From Mytilus californianus (lineage: Eukaryota): DNA of 64,000 nucleotides. A program made the position numbers and the translations under genes. Under the pieces are notes generated by a model. That model ran no database searches. It was not told the origin of the DNA and worked only from the letters and a program-made list of their open reading frames with translations. Shown here one piece after another: positions 1-12,900 of this stretch; the stretch's first letter is position 1, and every line of letters begins with the position of its first letter. Location: positions 121,830,001 to 121,894,000 of the forward strand of contig NW_026262581.1 of the NCBI RefSeq assembly GCF_021869535.1, given 5' to 3'.

Positions 1-379
1 ACATTTAAAGTCCTTAGATTTCAACCGCTTAACTGCCAAAACCCATTGTAATGGGTGGAACAAAGGCAAAATCAGAACGTGCAAAACAGAACCAAAAACA
101 TGCCGAACAGAATTGGTTGACCTCTCTGACAATCATTTTGACGTTTGTTACAGGCAGTCATTGCTTTTGACGGTGACACATTCATTAGTAAGGGGAAAAC
201 CAGGGTTTCAGTGTATACCACATGAATTGAACATTAAAAATGACGTAATCAATTCAACTTTCGAACTGCCAATTTTTTTTTAAACAATGAAGTAATGAAA
301 AAAATTTCTGTTTATAAGTTTTTTTTAACAAAAATGATTATTTGAAAATGGGAATTAAAAAGAATAATCTAGTATTGCG

Positions 380-820
380 TTTCTAAAGTCGGTCAGTATA
401 TGTTAGGTGTATGGAATGACTGTGATTGGTACATGTCAGTCTGGCAGGTTTCATCTGACTTTGGTCTGTTTTTCAAGTACTATAAGCAAAAGGTCAACTA
501 TATTTGGTGTATGGAATGATTGTAAGGTGTATATGTCTGTCTGGCAAGTATCATCTGACCTTGACCTCATTTTCATGGTTCATAGGTCAATGTTATGTTT
601 TTTTTTGTTTTGTTTTGGTCTGTTTTTCAATTATCATAAGCAATAGGTCAAATATATTTTGTGTTTAAATAAATTGTAAGGTGTATATGTCTGTCTTGAC
701 AGCATTTATCTGACCTGTGTTTCTGTGATGATTTTAGTTACACCTTTCTCTTTAAGACTTTCAACATAAAATCAATGGTCAGTAAAGCAGGCGAGAAATT
801 TCGGCCTAGCACTCTTGTTC
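380..820 (+). mobile_element. Non-autonomous HINE/DINE-like element, family A (3' part with internal tandem units)
   Basis: Repeated unit 'ctataagcaataggtcaactatatttggtgtatggaatgattgtaaggtgta...atctgaccttgacctcattttcatggttcat' recurs here and at 48906-49035 and 51910-52397. Both ends show the same 3' terminus 'aaagca(g/a)gcgaga(a/c)atttc...ctcttgtt'. Confidence 0.6.
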
Positions 821-1803
821 ATAATTGTCCCTCTTTTCTCTCTCTCATTATTTTTCTCCTGCAATTGTGAGTATAGTAGTTTCCACATTCGTGTGTAGCG
901 TGAGCATTAGCTTAATAAAACTTGTGATATTTTTGATCATTTTTTCTGATACTCCGTCAGGTATAAGATTGTTTTTGATGTACCATATAGACAAAAGAAC
1001 TTAAGACAATATATAGTAATGGATTTATCTTTGTCTAAGTTTCATTATGACTTGTTCTTTTCTTAAGCATTTTCTTTTAAGTCGAAAAGTGTTAACATCA
1101 TGCAACCAAACCATTTACTTGCTGATGAAAAGTTGTCATGCAATATCATTTATCATATATCTTTTCATCATTTTCCAATAGATCCATTAGTTGCTTGCAT
1201 TCTTTATTATTTTCTGTATGATTATTCGATTTAGTTTTGAAAATAAACCATTATGTCTATATTGTATTTCATTTTCCATACGTTTAGCACTCAATTGCGC
1301 GTAGTGCAGAACCGGCTTATAGTATATCGAGGACACCTAATTTCTCATACTAGAGTTGCTTACAGATTTTTCATTATGAAACTTTCTCTAGTCTCTATTG
1401 TTTAAGAAACATGTGTAACCCAGGCGTTTGGATCTTGAATCTATTTACTTTTTTCTTATTATGCTGTTTTTCATTTCTGTATTCTGGTAATTTTTATGTT
1501 TTTGAATGTGTTCTTGTTGCCTTGATATTTAGTTTATTGGTTTGTTGATTTTTCATCTTTCTTTTAAGTTTTTGATTCCTTTTGTTATATTCTTTCTATT
1601 TTGCCATATTGTAGTCTGTCTGTTTTCGACTTATCACTATTCAATTTGATATATTATTACACTTTCTCTATTCTTTTGGCCATGGTGTTGTATCATTTTT
1701 TCGACTTATTAGGGTTAAGCCTTAGTCGTAGTTGACACATTTTTTTGTTTTCAATTCTCTTAAACTTCGATCTTGATTTTGCTTTCTAACTATATTTTTA
1801 GCA

Positions 1804-1841
1804 CCACTGATGAGTTTAATGTATACGAAACGCGCATCTGG
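1804..1841 (+). ncRNA. Minimal type I hammerhead ribozyme motif (degenerate), Penelope/retrozyme-type
   Basis: CCA-CTGATGA-GTT(taatgta)TAC-GAAA-CGCGCA-TC-TGG. The core boxes and stem I are present; stems II and III each carry a mismatch. Confidence 0.7.
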
Positions 1842-1956
1842 CATACCAAAGTATAAGCCTTGTATCTAAGTCGAATTTGGATTTTCGGAATTTTTGGTTT
1901 TCAATGTTCTTCAACTTCGTTTTTTATGTGACTTTCCTACTGTTTTGATTCGAGAA

Positions 1957-1994
1957 TAAATGATGAGTCTTATATAGACCAAACGCTCGTCTGT
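1957..1994 (+). ncRNA. Second, core-mutated hammerhead motif in tandem with 1804-1841
   Basis: aTGATGA-GTCT(tatat)AGAC-cAAA-CGCTCG-TC. Stem II is intact, but C3 and G12 are mutated. Confidence 0.55.
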
Positions 1995-2645
1995 CGAAAC
2001 AAATTAAAAAGCTATTTCTTGGATGAGTTTTTTTACTTTTTAGTAAGTCCTGTTTTGTTGTAGATTTTTTTATTTAATTGATTTCACTATATCGGTTTCA
2101 CAGAATAACATTAATCAAACCAAATATAAACAGGACCATAAAATACCATATCAGACGATACATGTATTAGTTAAAAGAAAGTACTGTATGCGTTCATTGA
2201 AAGACCATGTTTTCTTGCATTCCAATAAAATCCTTTTGAATAAAAGGAGATGTGGGGTATAGGGATAATAACCAAAAGACATCTAGAGGGCAACATACAA
2301 TTTCAAAAATTCTCCAAATAACAGAAAACATTAACGGTAACTTTTGACAATTTACTTGACTATGGGAAGGCACACGAAAATAGTGTGTGGTTAAACTAGT
2401 TCTTAAAAACTTTATTCAATAGATTTCGTATAGCAATGTGATCAATATTGTTAGAAAGCAAGATCGTGTGCAGCGTCTGTTATAAAAGAGCAAAAACAAT
2501 TTAAAATGCATGAAAATAAGTTAATTGTGTGTTTAAGTAACTGCAGGCGAATAATATTTATTCATAGAAATATCAAGTATAAAGATAGATCGTTAATAAA
2601 TTGATTACCTGTCTAAAAATCTCATTAAAGATTATAATTTGGACA

Positions 2646-2683
2646 TCAGACGCGCGATTCGTCAGCATAAGACTCATAATTGG
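2646..2683 (-). ncRNA. Degenerate hammerhead motif of the same family
   Basis: Minus strand CCA-attATGA-GTC(ttatgct)GAC-GAAt-CGCGCG-TC-TGA. Confidence 0.55.
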
Positions 2684-3453
2684 CGCCAAAGCTTACACCA
2701 ACCACAAAGGTCAAACAAAATACTCTTAAACTTACAAATCTTGTTAACGTAAAATATATAGCATGACTTACCTTTTCATCATCATCATTATAATTTTTAA
2801 TATTATATTCATTAAAGTTGAAATACATACACCCATAGTAAGTCCTAATACATTTTGTAAAATTTAAGATACCTTTACAACTATAAACAACTGTCATACA
2901 AGTAGGAGGTTTAGCTAGCTATAAAATCAGGTTCAACCCACTATTTTCTTCGGAAAATGCCTGTATCAATTTAGGAATATTGCAATTGGTTTCCACTTGT
3001 TCCGTTGATTGATAGCGTTTGATTTTTTTCAGTTTTTATGGACTGCCTCTTGTTGAGTTTGCATTGGTATTTTTATGATACTTTTTTACATGCAATTCAT
3101 TATGAATTATGAATTGATGTTTCATGAAGCTCAAGACCCAGTTGTTTGTGGTGGGGATTTTCTCAACACAACAGTCAAAACAATTTCATGACATTTTATT
3201 TTAAATTCGGATACAATTTATGTCAGATGTGTTTGACAGATGGTAATTCCTGTATATTATTTACCTTCAACAAGAAACGTTTATCTTCAACTCAGCAATA
3301 CAGGTTTATTAAAAATTTAGGGGTCATCAGTAATATGTTTATATCATTCGAAACACTTACGGTTCTTCTACAATGTTTTGAATTGTTTAGTCTTCTATGC
3401 ATGCTCGTCACACTAGTAATTGATTTGGCTGTCAAGCTATTTTCATTTGACGG

Positions 3454-3490
3454 CCACTGATGAGATTCGTGCAGATAAAACAGCGTCTGA
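3454..3490 (+). ncRNA. Degenerate hammerhead motif of the same family
   Basis: CCA-CTGATGA-gat(tcgtgca)gat-aAAA-CAGCG-TC-TGA. The 5' core box is intact; stem II and G12 have decayed. Confidence 0.45.
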
Positions 3491-5089
3491 CATATTAAAT
3501 TATAAGCCTGGTATTTTTGAACACTTTTCACCATAGATCTGTTCATCAAAGTACCACGAGAAAGTGACCAAACCATATTACAAGCTATAAATAGTTCCAG
3601 TTCTATACTAGTATTGTGAATCAGTTATTGTTGTTCAGTCTTTAGTTTTCTATGTTGTGTTTTGTGTACTATTGTTTGTTTGTTTGTTGGTCTTTTTCTT
3701 TTTTAGCCATGGCGTTGTCAGTTTATTTTCGACTTATGAGTATCTTCCGCCTCTCTTTTACTTTCCTGTTATTACTCCTTCAGAGTCCTGTACAGGTCTT
3801 CGTGTGATGATCATATATCTTTGCCAGCTTTCATTTTCTAGTAAGACATACTCAGAATCTGGTATAAGCTGTGGTGTTTTTAGATTATCTCGGATTTGGT
3901 CAGAAATCCGTTTTTTAAATCACATATCATTGTTACCTCTGTCTATGATGTTCTAAATGATCATTATAAATATGTTAACATGTGGTCTGAATTGCGTTTT
4001 CCCCCTATTATTTTCTTGTATCCTTGAGGTTATTATCATTGATCAAGCTGAAATTTGAACAAAAATACACTTTCACTATCTTTTTAATATCATTGCATAT
4101 TTTGCAACACCAGTTTGTAAAGAAGCGAATAAATACTTAAGTAGGTGATAACTGCATAGTGTTTCAAATGTCGTTGTCTTATATATGTACTAAATTCAAT
4201 TGTGAAAAACAAGATTAAGAAAGAAAACAAAAGTAATATGTTTACGAGCTTTGTGTATTGCTTTGAATGAGAATGTTTAAAATAAAATGACAACTTGAAT
4301 TAATAATTATATTGAATTCACATCTATAAAACGTTCTTTATAAAGATTAAAGGGGCATTAGCTACGAGATATAGACAAAAATAAGATATGATTTTTTTTT
4401 CTTCAATCATTAATGAAAGTGAAATAGTGATATAATAATTCGCTTTTAGCAGCCAGTTTGGTTCAGTTTTGTCAAAATAAGCAAAGAATATCGCTAAAAA
4501 ATTATTCACTTGCAAGTGAATAATTCGACCTCATTAAAAACGTATTCATGTGAACTTCAATTGAACCCCTTAGCTAGAGATGGGTTACGCATGAAATAGG
4601 CGTGTTCAGCTATTAAAAAGAAAAGAATGTCAATATTGGAAGTGAAGCAAGGGCTAACCATTTGGTTGACTGATTCGATCTACAAAAACTCATTCTTGTA
4701 CAGGTAAAAACGATTATAAACATATGTTTTAAACCTATAATATGAAATCAAACAAACCCGCGAAAAATCCAATTGCACGAGTTCGATATCTATTTATATC
4801 TTTGTTTATGTTTATATCCGGTTATATGACCGTCGGCAGTCTTCGGAGGTCACCTCGATTGTTAATTAGATGGCGTCTAGACTAAAATACACACAAAATG
4901 TTGATACATATTATCGAGTCCGTGCATCGTAAATTGATTAATTTAGACTTTTTATAATTTGGATATACGTTTTAGTATGTTATAAATCAATTACGAGAAT
5001 TTGAGTCAAATCGCTGAACACTAATTTGACAGCTAATGCCCCTTTAAATATTTGTAATAACCTTTATCATTTTAGATGAATATTGTTTT

Positions 5090-5945
5090 TTCGTCATGAA
5101 TTCTACTGTGGAATACATTTCACATCCAATCTTTTATGGTAATAATCATTACAAAGCTCAAAAATGTCGGCATTCACCTCAAAAGCTAACCAAACCTTTA
5201 AACAGACTTATTCAAAAGGGATATAGTTACGATACTGTTGTCAGGTCATTGAAGATGGCATATTTTGGTATTAATATTGATTCACTCATAGGGTCTTTGC
5301 ATCAGAAATAAACACATTTGTTCTAAAACCAGTTGTTGGCATAATACGGGTTATGTTCTTCTCATATATTTTATGATGGTATGATACTAAACCCATAACG
5401 GGAGGGATTGTGCTTGATTTTCATATGATGAAGACATAATCTTTCAATCAGTTTAATTGAAGTCTGGAGCTAGCATGTCAGTAACTGCTAGTAACTGCTA
5501 GTAGTCCTTTGTTAATTTATGTATCATTGTCATTTTGTACTTCGGACTCGGACTTTTTTAAAACTGAGTTTTACTGTGCGTATTGCTGTGTGTTTGTTTA
5601 TTCTACATTGGCCAGAGGTATAGGGGGAGGGTTGAGATCTCACAAAACATGTTTAACCCCGGCGCACTTTTGCGCCTGTCCCAAGTCAGGGGCCTCTGGC
5701 CTTTGTTAGTCTTTTATGTTTTTTTTAATTTTAGTTTATTTATATGTTTTGGAGTTTAGTATGACGTCCATTTTCACTGAACTAGTACACATTTGTATTA
5801 TTAGAGGCCAGCTGAAGCCTGCCTCCGGGTGCGGGATTTTCTCGTTGTGTTGAAGACACATTGGTGGCCTTCGGCTGTTTTCTGCTCTTTGGTCGGGTTG
5901 TTGTCTCTTTGACATATTCCCCATTTCCATTCTCAATTTTATATC
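5090..5945 (+). mobile_element. 3' fragment of a probable Penelope-like retroelement (RT C-terminal remnant plus untranslated tail)
   Basis: ORF 5096-5311 ends ...KLTKPLNRLIQKGYSYDTVVRSL..., resembling the L-x3-L-x2-[RK]GY signature of the PLE RT C-terminus. It is followed by a tail with the core 'gcctgtcccaagtcagg' shared with many short repeats in the window. Confidence 0.5.
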
Positions 5946-6531
5946 TTTCTTACAGTATCTACTATCTATTTTGACGAGCAAAAAAAAAAACACCACAAGT
6001 TCCAAATATTTACAACTCTATAAAATGCTTTTATTTGCTATTAAAAATTTTAAGTTTGGGTCGAAATTTTGATTATGCTTTTTTAATTAGTTTCTGCCAA
6101 CTGTTAACCGAATGCATTTGTTTTTATCCAACAGTCAATGAACCAGTTCGTTATTTGCGTGTTTAGAAAATACGTTTGCTATTCGTGTGCATCATGCTTT
6201 TGTATTCATCATTTTCATACTAGTTATTAATTAATGTTTTCGCACTATATATGACATGTTATGGTGACAAAGTTATCTTGCATGTTGTGACAAGGCATGA
6301 TGTTTTATGATTTGACAAAGAGTAAGTAAATTATAATCTTCATTCTGAAAAAAGGTCGATTTTAAAACAGCTTAAAACCCATAAAAGATTTGATTGAGAA
6401 TTAGAAAATTGATTTACGTAGCCCTTCTACTTAGAACATATATATGAAGAATAAAGTAAAGCGTCACGCCTTGTCATACTTACATAACCATGCATATATA
6501 CTAACACAATACCTCATTTAATTTGCTACAG

Positions 6532-7279
6532 GAACCAGTGCAATATCAACCTACTGCTGATAACAATAATATCACACGGTGCACAATTGAAATGAAGACA
6601 ATAGTTAGACAAAACAGTAACACTAGTACAGATACTTACAATAGTTGTCTGACTCAACCACCGAATAGTCCTCTTAACAAGTCGCCAGGCAAGGGCAATA
6701 TTTTATGTAGTCCCACATGCAAGACATTGTGTGGGAAAATTTCAAATGCTCAACATAATTTATATATAAATCCTATGGATGACTCCGATTCTGGTATGGA
6801 AACTATAAATTCCGAATTAAATGACCTTACGGGTATTTGTGGTAAAAGTACATTAGAGAAAAAAGACTCTGAGCAGCCACTAGTTGTAAATGCATTTTCT
6901 GATCCGCCAATTAGCCAATCGAATCAAGTGATACAAAAATTGAATGAAGGTTTCACCACAACATGGCAGCTATATCCAAATCCCCAGCAAGAAGATGTTA
7001 GGCCTGAAATTAAACCGCCTAGCACTGTTCCACTTGGGAATCCGAAAAGGTCTAGCCTTAAGAGACACAAATCAGAGACCAATGAAAAACATCCTCATTT
7101 TAGTGATATTAAAGAACGCAGCTATTCATCAACAGACAATCTTCACTCGGAATGTACATCTTCAAAAAACAAAAGTATTAAATTTAGAAAAGCTGTATCT
7201 TTGGCAAGCAGACTTCATTCTAGTCCTTCAACAGGAAGAAAACTTGCAAATTATCACCTCATCGCAAATCCACAATCAG
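6532..7279 (+). CDS. Internal coding exon of an unidentified Ser/Thr/Asn/Pro-rich (likely disordered) protein
   Basis: Long open frame. Acceptor ttaatttgctacag at 6531 (phase 0), donor CAG|gtaaac at 7280 (phase 1). It splices in frame to exon 9279. Confidence 0.75.
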
Positions 7280-9278
7280 GTAAACACATTGTTGTCGTAA
7301 ATCTTTATATAACTTTTTTTTCTGTCTGTGTTTTTGTAGACTAGGCAAGCACAACAATGTTAGAGAAGATTTTTTTTTCTTCAGAAAGGGACTCATGTTT
7401 TTTTTTAAATATAGCATACTTCACAAACTACAATAAGGACTATTTTTGACAAGAAAGATAGCAAAGTAATATTTTCCTGTAAAAGCATTGAGGCAATCTG
7501 TACATTTGTTTGAGGTTATTCTTTAAGGGGAAAATGTTTTTACTTACAAAAGCACAATTAGCAAGAAACAACAGATGTATTTCTCTTCTTATTCTAATCC
7601 CATCGATGCAATTTGTACTAAATATATAAGACGAGCCTTCACCTTGTAAATACAACCAGAACGACCGTTAAAAGGGGGGTTTGAGTGGAAACCTTTATCT
7701 TTGTAGCAAAATTTTTCTACCTTATAAATTATGAAAGACTCGTACTCTAAAGACTAAATGGCAAAATTCTAAAAAGATCATAGTCGGAATGCGTGTTGAT
7801 AATACACCTGTATATGCTGATTGTTATTATTTCCTGCACCTTATATATATATGTGTATATATATAGACTAGCTTGCACACTGAGATAGATAGTTTGCACA
7901 TTATTTTGTATGTTCTTTAGACACGTTTTGGAAAACACTCATAAATTTTAAACCTATTTGCATGCTGAATTATTTTGTCTTTCAGACGAAACGTTTCTCC
8001 TTTACTGAGTGAAGAATTCCAATGCCGATGAAAAAGACAGATTTCAGGTGCGATACATTGGTGTGACCTGTGCTGCATATAAAATCCACAATCTACCCAC
8101 CATCATCAACTTTCGCTTTAATTAGCTTTTACCTAGCTTTTGGTCCTATTTAGTTCGTTCCATGTTTTATGTTCTTTGTTTTATCTTCCTTTTTCACTCT
8201 GATGGTTTAATGTTTTTTTTTTAATATTTATTTTAACTTCAATTTAATATAGCATATATTATGACTTGTTTGCAAGTTACAAGTGTTTTTTATACGTTTT
8301 TATAAATTTAGTTTAAATATACTAGCTTACAACTTTAATTTATTCCAAATATTTATGGTATATAGTTAGAAAGATTTAGAATATGATAAATTAGTTTCTC
8401 ATTTTATCCATAATAAAGAAACGTAATACTTTTCTAGAAATACAGCAACAACATAAAGAAACTAATGTTAAGTCTGGGATAAGAATTTTATATATAAATA
8501 TATATGAGCTAAGTGTATTTCTGTCCCAATATACAATATGTCAAACATTCGGTGTGTTGACTTTCGCTCCATTTATCCCGCTTATTACTTGGTCACACCA
8601 GTGTTTGCATATCCCTGAAATCCTTGTTTCTTTCTTTGTCTCAGTCTTAGTTCATTATGCTTTTGCTTTTGTTGCAATAATTTTGCACTTACTTTCTATG
8701 CGATGCCATGGATATTAAATAACGTTTGAAAACTTGCTTTCTCTACGATACTATGGATAAAGAATATAGTTCGCAGGCTTACTTTAGATGCGATATTATC
8801 AATTTCTTCCTGTTTAAAAGAAGTATTAACAGATTGATGACGTCAATTTACCAAACGTGAGTTGGTCTCCACTTTGTTTAAGATTTGTATTGCTTGTGGT
8901 TTCTCTGAAAAGTTTGTATAGGAAAAAAAACTCAGTTTTATTGTTGATGCTTTAAACGTGAAATATTTAGAAATGAAAAAAATTGTAGCAAAGGCATTCA
9001 TTTGGTACATTCGAATACTGACTATTATGGACTTAGGAATATTAGTAAAATCTTCATAAACATCTCCAAAGACATTATATACACTGTGTTAAGAAAACAC
9101 ACACAAAGAACATTAACTGTTACAAAATTTGCCGAAAGAAGAGAGGTTAATATAACACAATCGATATGAATTCAAATGTTCGAATTTGCTATAAAATTAA
9201 TTTTTAATGTAAACTGCATTAGATGTTTTTGTATTTGGCTATAGTGAGGCTTACTACTCATTTCATTTCCAATTTCAG

Positions 9279-9973
9279 GAACATTAGATATGGACAGAGT
9301 GGCAAAAACAAAAACACGAAGCTGCAGTAGCTCCCCTTTATTTGATCAGCCACCGACAAAGAAAAAATCAATTTTGAAAAAGGATGACCTTCAGAATAAT
9401 TTTCCTTCAACAGATAAATCGACGACGAACGACGATGACGTTTTTCTTCCTGACAATAATGTCAATTTTCAACAAACAAATTCTAACATATTTTCTGATT
9501 TAAATCAGAGTCCTGTTAAAGATGGCAATGACAACAATGGGAAGTATTTGGCGAGTCCCAGTTCTCAAATATCAACAGAATTCACTGGAAGTCAAAGCAT
9601 CGGAGATTTAGAATTCAGTGACAGTATTGCAAATCAACATAAATTATCAAATTGGCAGTGTGATGGTCAATCGTGTCAGAACGATACAAGTCCATCGGAC
9701 AATTTAGATGTAGACGAAAGTATATTAGGCTCAAATTCTTGTGATCATTCTCCTTCTGACATGAGTTTTTCTTCTCATAATTTTAACAGGTTATCTCCTC
9801 TTGACAATGAAAACCTGGATGCAAAATCAAATGCTGACCAAAGGGATTTTATATATTCCAATTCTAATCAAAGTACCGTAGTACCTATAGATGCTTTAAT
9901 TAACAATCTCAGTAGACAGCATTCTGGAGACAGTGGCAAGGACCAATATACGTCTGCGAATGCAAGTGGGTGA
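9279..9973 (+). CDS. Terminal coding exon of the same unidentified protein
   Basis: Acceptor catttccaatttcag at 9278, phase 1 (G|GA ACA TTA GAT ATG), matching the 7279 donor. The frame is open to TGA at 9973. Confidence 0.75.
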
Positions 9974-12900
9974 CGGAATGTGTATACTAGAAATAGGTAC
10001 ATTATCTTAACCAATAATATATAACGTATAATATAACTAAACATAAAACCTCTAAAGATGAATGCATATTACATAACAGTACATGTTATTCCAGGTAACT
10101 ACAAAGAATCAGATATCATTGTTGATCGCAGGTGGTATATATTGAAGATCTATGAATTTGATCTGTGTCTGTCTCTTTTTCTTATTTGTGCATTCAGTAC
10201 TTTCCGAAAGACACAATTTTTGTATACCATTATTCGTGTTTCCAATACAAATCTCATGATTCTAGATTCAAATAGACAAATATAGAGGTGACCACAGTCG
10301 GAATCGCATACGGAGTTAGTCCACGTACGTAGATAGGATAACATCTTCGGTCATGTGATTCTAGATTCAGACCGAGTAATAAGTGCCACATGATTAGTGA
10401 TTAATTGATTAATTTGTTGGTAAACATCCTGCGGCAAATTTACGGAATTTCTTCCCATGATTTATATATATTTTGCCATCCGCTCTACTGTTACATATAT
10501 TCAAGACTCTAACATGGTATGAGACATTTTCGAATTTTGAACGTGCTACTTCACAAGTTACAAAAAAGGACAGCAGGCATATTATTCTAACCTCGGGAGG
10601 ATAAAATTAAAGTCTGTTTTTTAAGTCGGGAACTCTTATTAATATCAACATTTCATATACGTATATATATATCTGAGATTATTGGTCAAAATTTCATGAA
10701 AATCAGTATACAAATGAGTTCAAAATATCTATTAGAAATTTATTAATTCTTTAAAATATATATCGAGAAAAAAAAATAGAAAAATGTTTTTTTTTTAAGT
10801 GAACGACGAACTCGGTAATAGATAATAAAATTCCAATGAGTTTACCGAGTGGCTTCCGATTACTCGGAATTCACCTTATTTTTAGATTCACTGTAACTTT
10901 CATTTCACAAATCTCAATAACTTATTCATATTAATAACCTAAAACATTTTAATGCCCCAGTTCAGAAATCGTACAACTAATACGTCAAGCATTTAGACCT
11001 TAATATTAGAGTTAAAGAGCACCTCAAAATGAATACTAGTAAGTCGAATGCCAAGTCAATGAATGTTCATTCTAACACTCAAGTAGAACTTCGAGTGATG
11101 TTGACGAGTATTTAGGTTGCCAGAAGAGGTCGTTAAAAATGATTCTGCGTATTGTTGATATACTTTCATTACTTTTGTCATATAGACACATGATTTGTCT
11201 GATATATTTGTGACATAATACGTAAACCATTTATTTATACTTGTAGATATAAGAAAGCAACCTTGTAAGTTGGAAATGAAGAAGGAAAACAGTACTTTAA
11301 ATGTAGATAGCAGCATTTGAAGTTATGTGACTGCAAATAGTCAACATACATGGAACAATTGAGTGTTTACTATCGGATAGTTTTAGGATGTTTCAGCTCA
11401 GAATATTAGGTTTTTGAACCCATTGTCTTTGACCGTTTGCTAATTACGGTATTTAATTTCGATCAGTATCATTTCCCTTAGACATCCATAAACACTTTAA
11501 AATAAATCTTTTCAAAAATCGTGTTTTATTCCGTTAGAAAGAACAAAAAGTTACATTTGTATTAGTCAGGTTGAAAGGTCAATCAAGTTCAATAAGGTTA
11601 CACTATTGAGTTTTATCCTGAAACTAACAGTGGTCGTATATGAAGTGATATAACTTTGATATTTTTGTAAATATAAAGAACGTAAAATTATGAAATAGTA
11701 ACTAATCATTTTTATTTGAAGTTGATAAATCGCAACTTTTCAACATAGGCCAAATCGTCGAATGATAAAAATGTGAAATATTTTTTTAGTATTTGAGTTT
11801 TGTCATTAGATTTTCATTGGTATTGCCAAAAATATATATACCTAATATGGCATTTTACATACTATTGGGTAAAGTTTGACCACCTTTTTTCTTTCCTTTT
11901 TTGAGAAGGTGACTGATGATTATTTTTCTTACACTTTATAAACGTCATTTCTATTCGAGCTGTAAAGCTGGTAGGATAATTGCATTTTTCAAGTATTTTC
12001 ATAAGAAGACTATCACTTTGGATATCGCACACCACTGACGAGAAATATATTTCGTAATGCCAATTTATGGACCATAAAATTTAATTCTATGTCTTGTAAT
12101 TATGTATTGATATAAAACCTCTTTTATTAAATGCGAAGTTGATATAAAGAATAGATTAGAAGTCTATTGATTAATTTTAATGGATCTTATTCATTTGAAG
12201 AGTAATAATGTTGAAATAACAGTGAGAATCAAATAACAGACAATGAATTGAACAATCACTTAGATACAGTGTGTATGAGATCATCATACTTAAATATTTA
12301 TAAAATTTCCAAAACTTTTATAGATTTCTCATTTCAATTGTGCATAAAAAACGTTTTTTTCTCTACAAAACTGGGCATAGTGATATCTCTAGTACGATGA
12401 TTACCGCTATTATCAGAATTTGTAAGAATAATACCCATTTAGTTGTGCTTTATTGAACATACATTTGTGAACCTTTAATCTAAAAAAGTCACTGAATAGT
12501 ATAATAACCCTTTTTCTTGTTGATTTTTTATGAAGGCTCCTACACCGCTATGTATATATCCTACATAATTATGCTTGTGCAATTAGCATAATTTACATTA
12601 GATGAATATGGAAAGTGTATAGACAGTTTATTATAAATTCTACATAAATGTCATCGTGGTTTCAATTTTTGTACCATTTAGGGAGAACAGCATGGCAGGC
12701 TGTATTTATATTTATTCAACTTAAAATATCTCATTTACTTTATTAGATGTCTTTACTTTCAAAAGTTATCTTACAAAAAGTTTTAAGGCATCTCAAATTA
12801 TTTCACAGGTTATAAATTAAGGCAACAGTAGTTTATCGATGTTCACATCTCGTTAATCGATTAAGAAGACACAAAACAAGGTAACAAACAAAACTTGAGC

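Noticed and set aside
3760-3920. 53-codon minus-strand open frame with protein-like composition
   Set aside because: Bounded by stops, no start or convincing splice sites, no recognisable motif.
6944-7300. 118-aa alternative-frame ORF
   Set aside because: Overlaps the exon whose frame is fixed by splice phases; no independent support.
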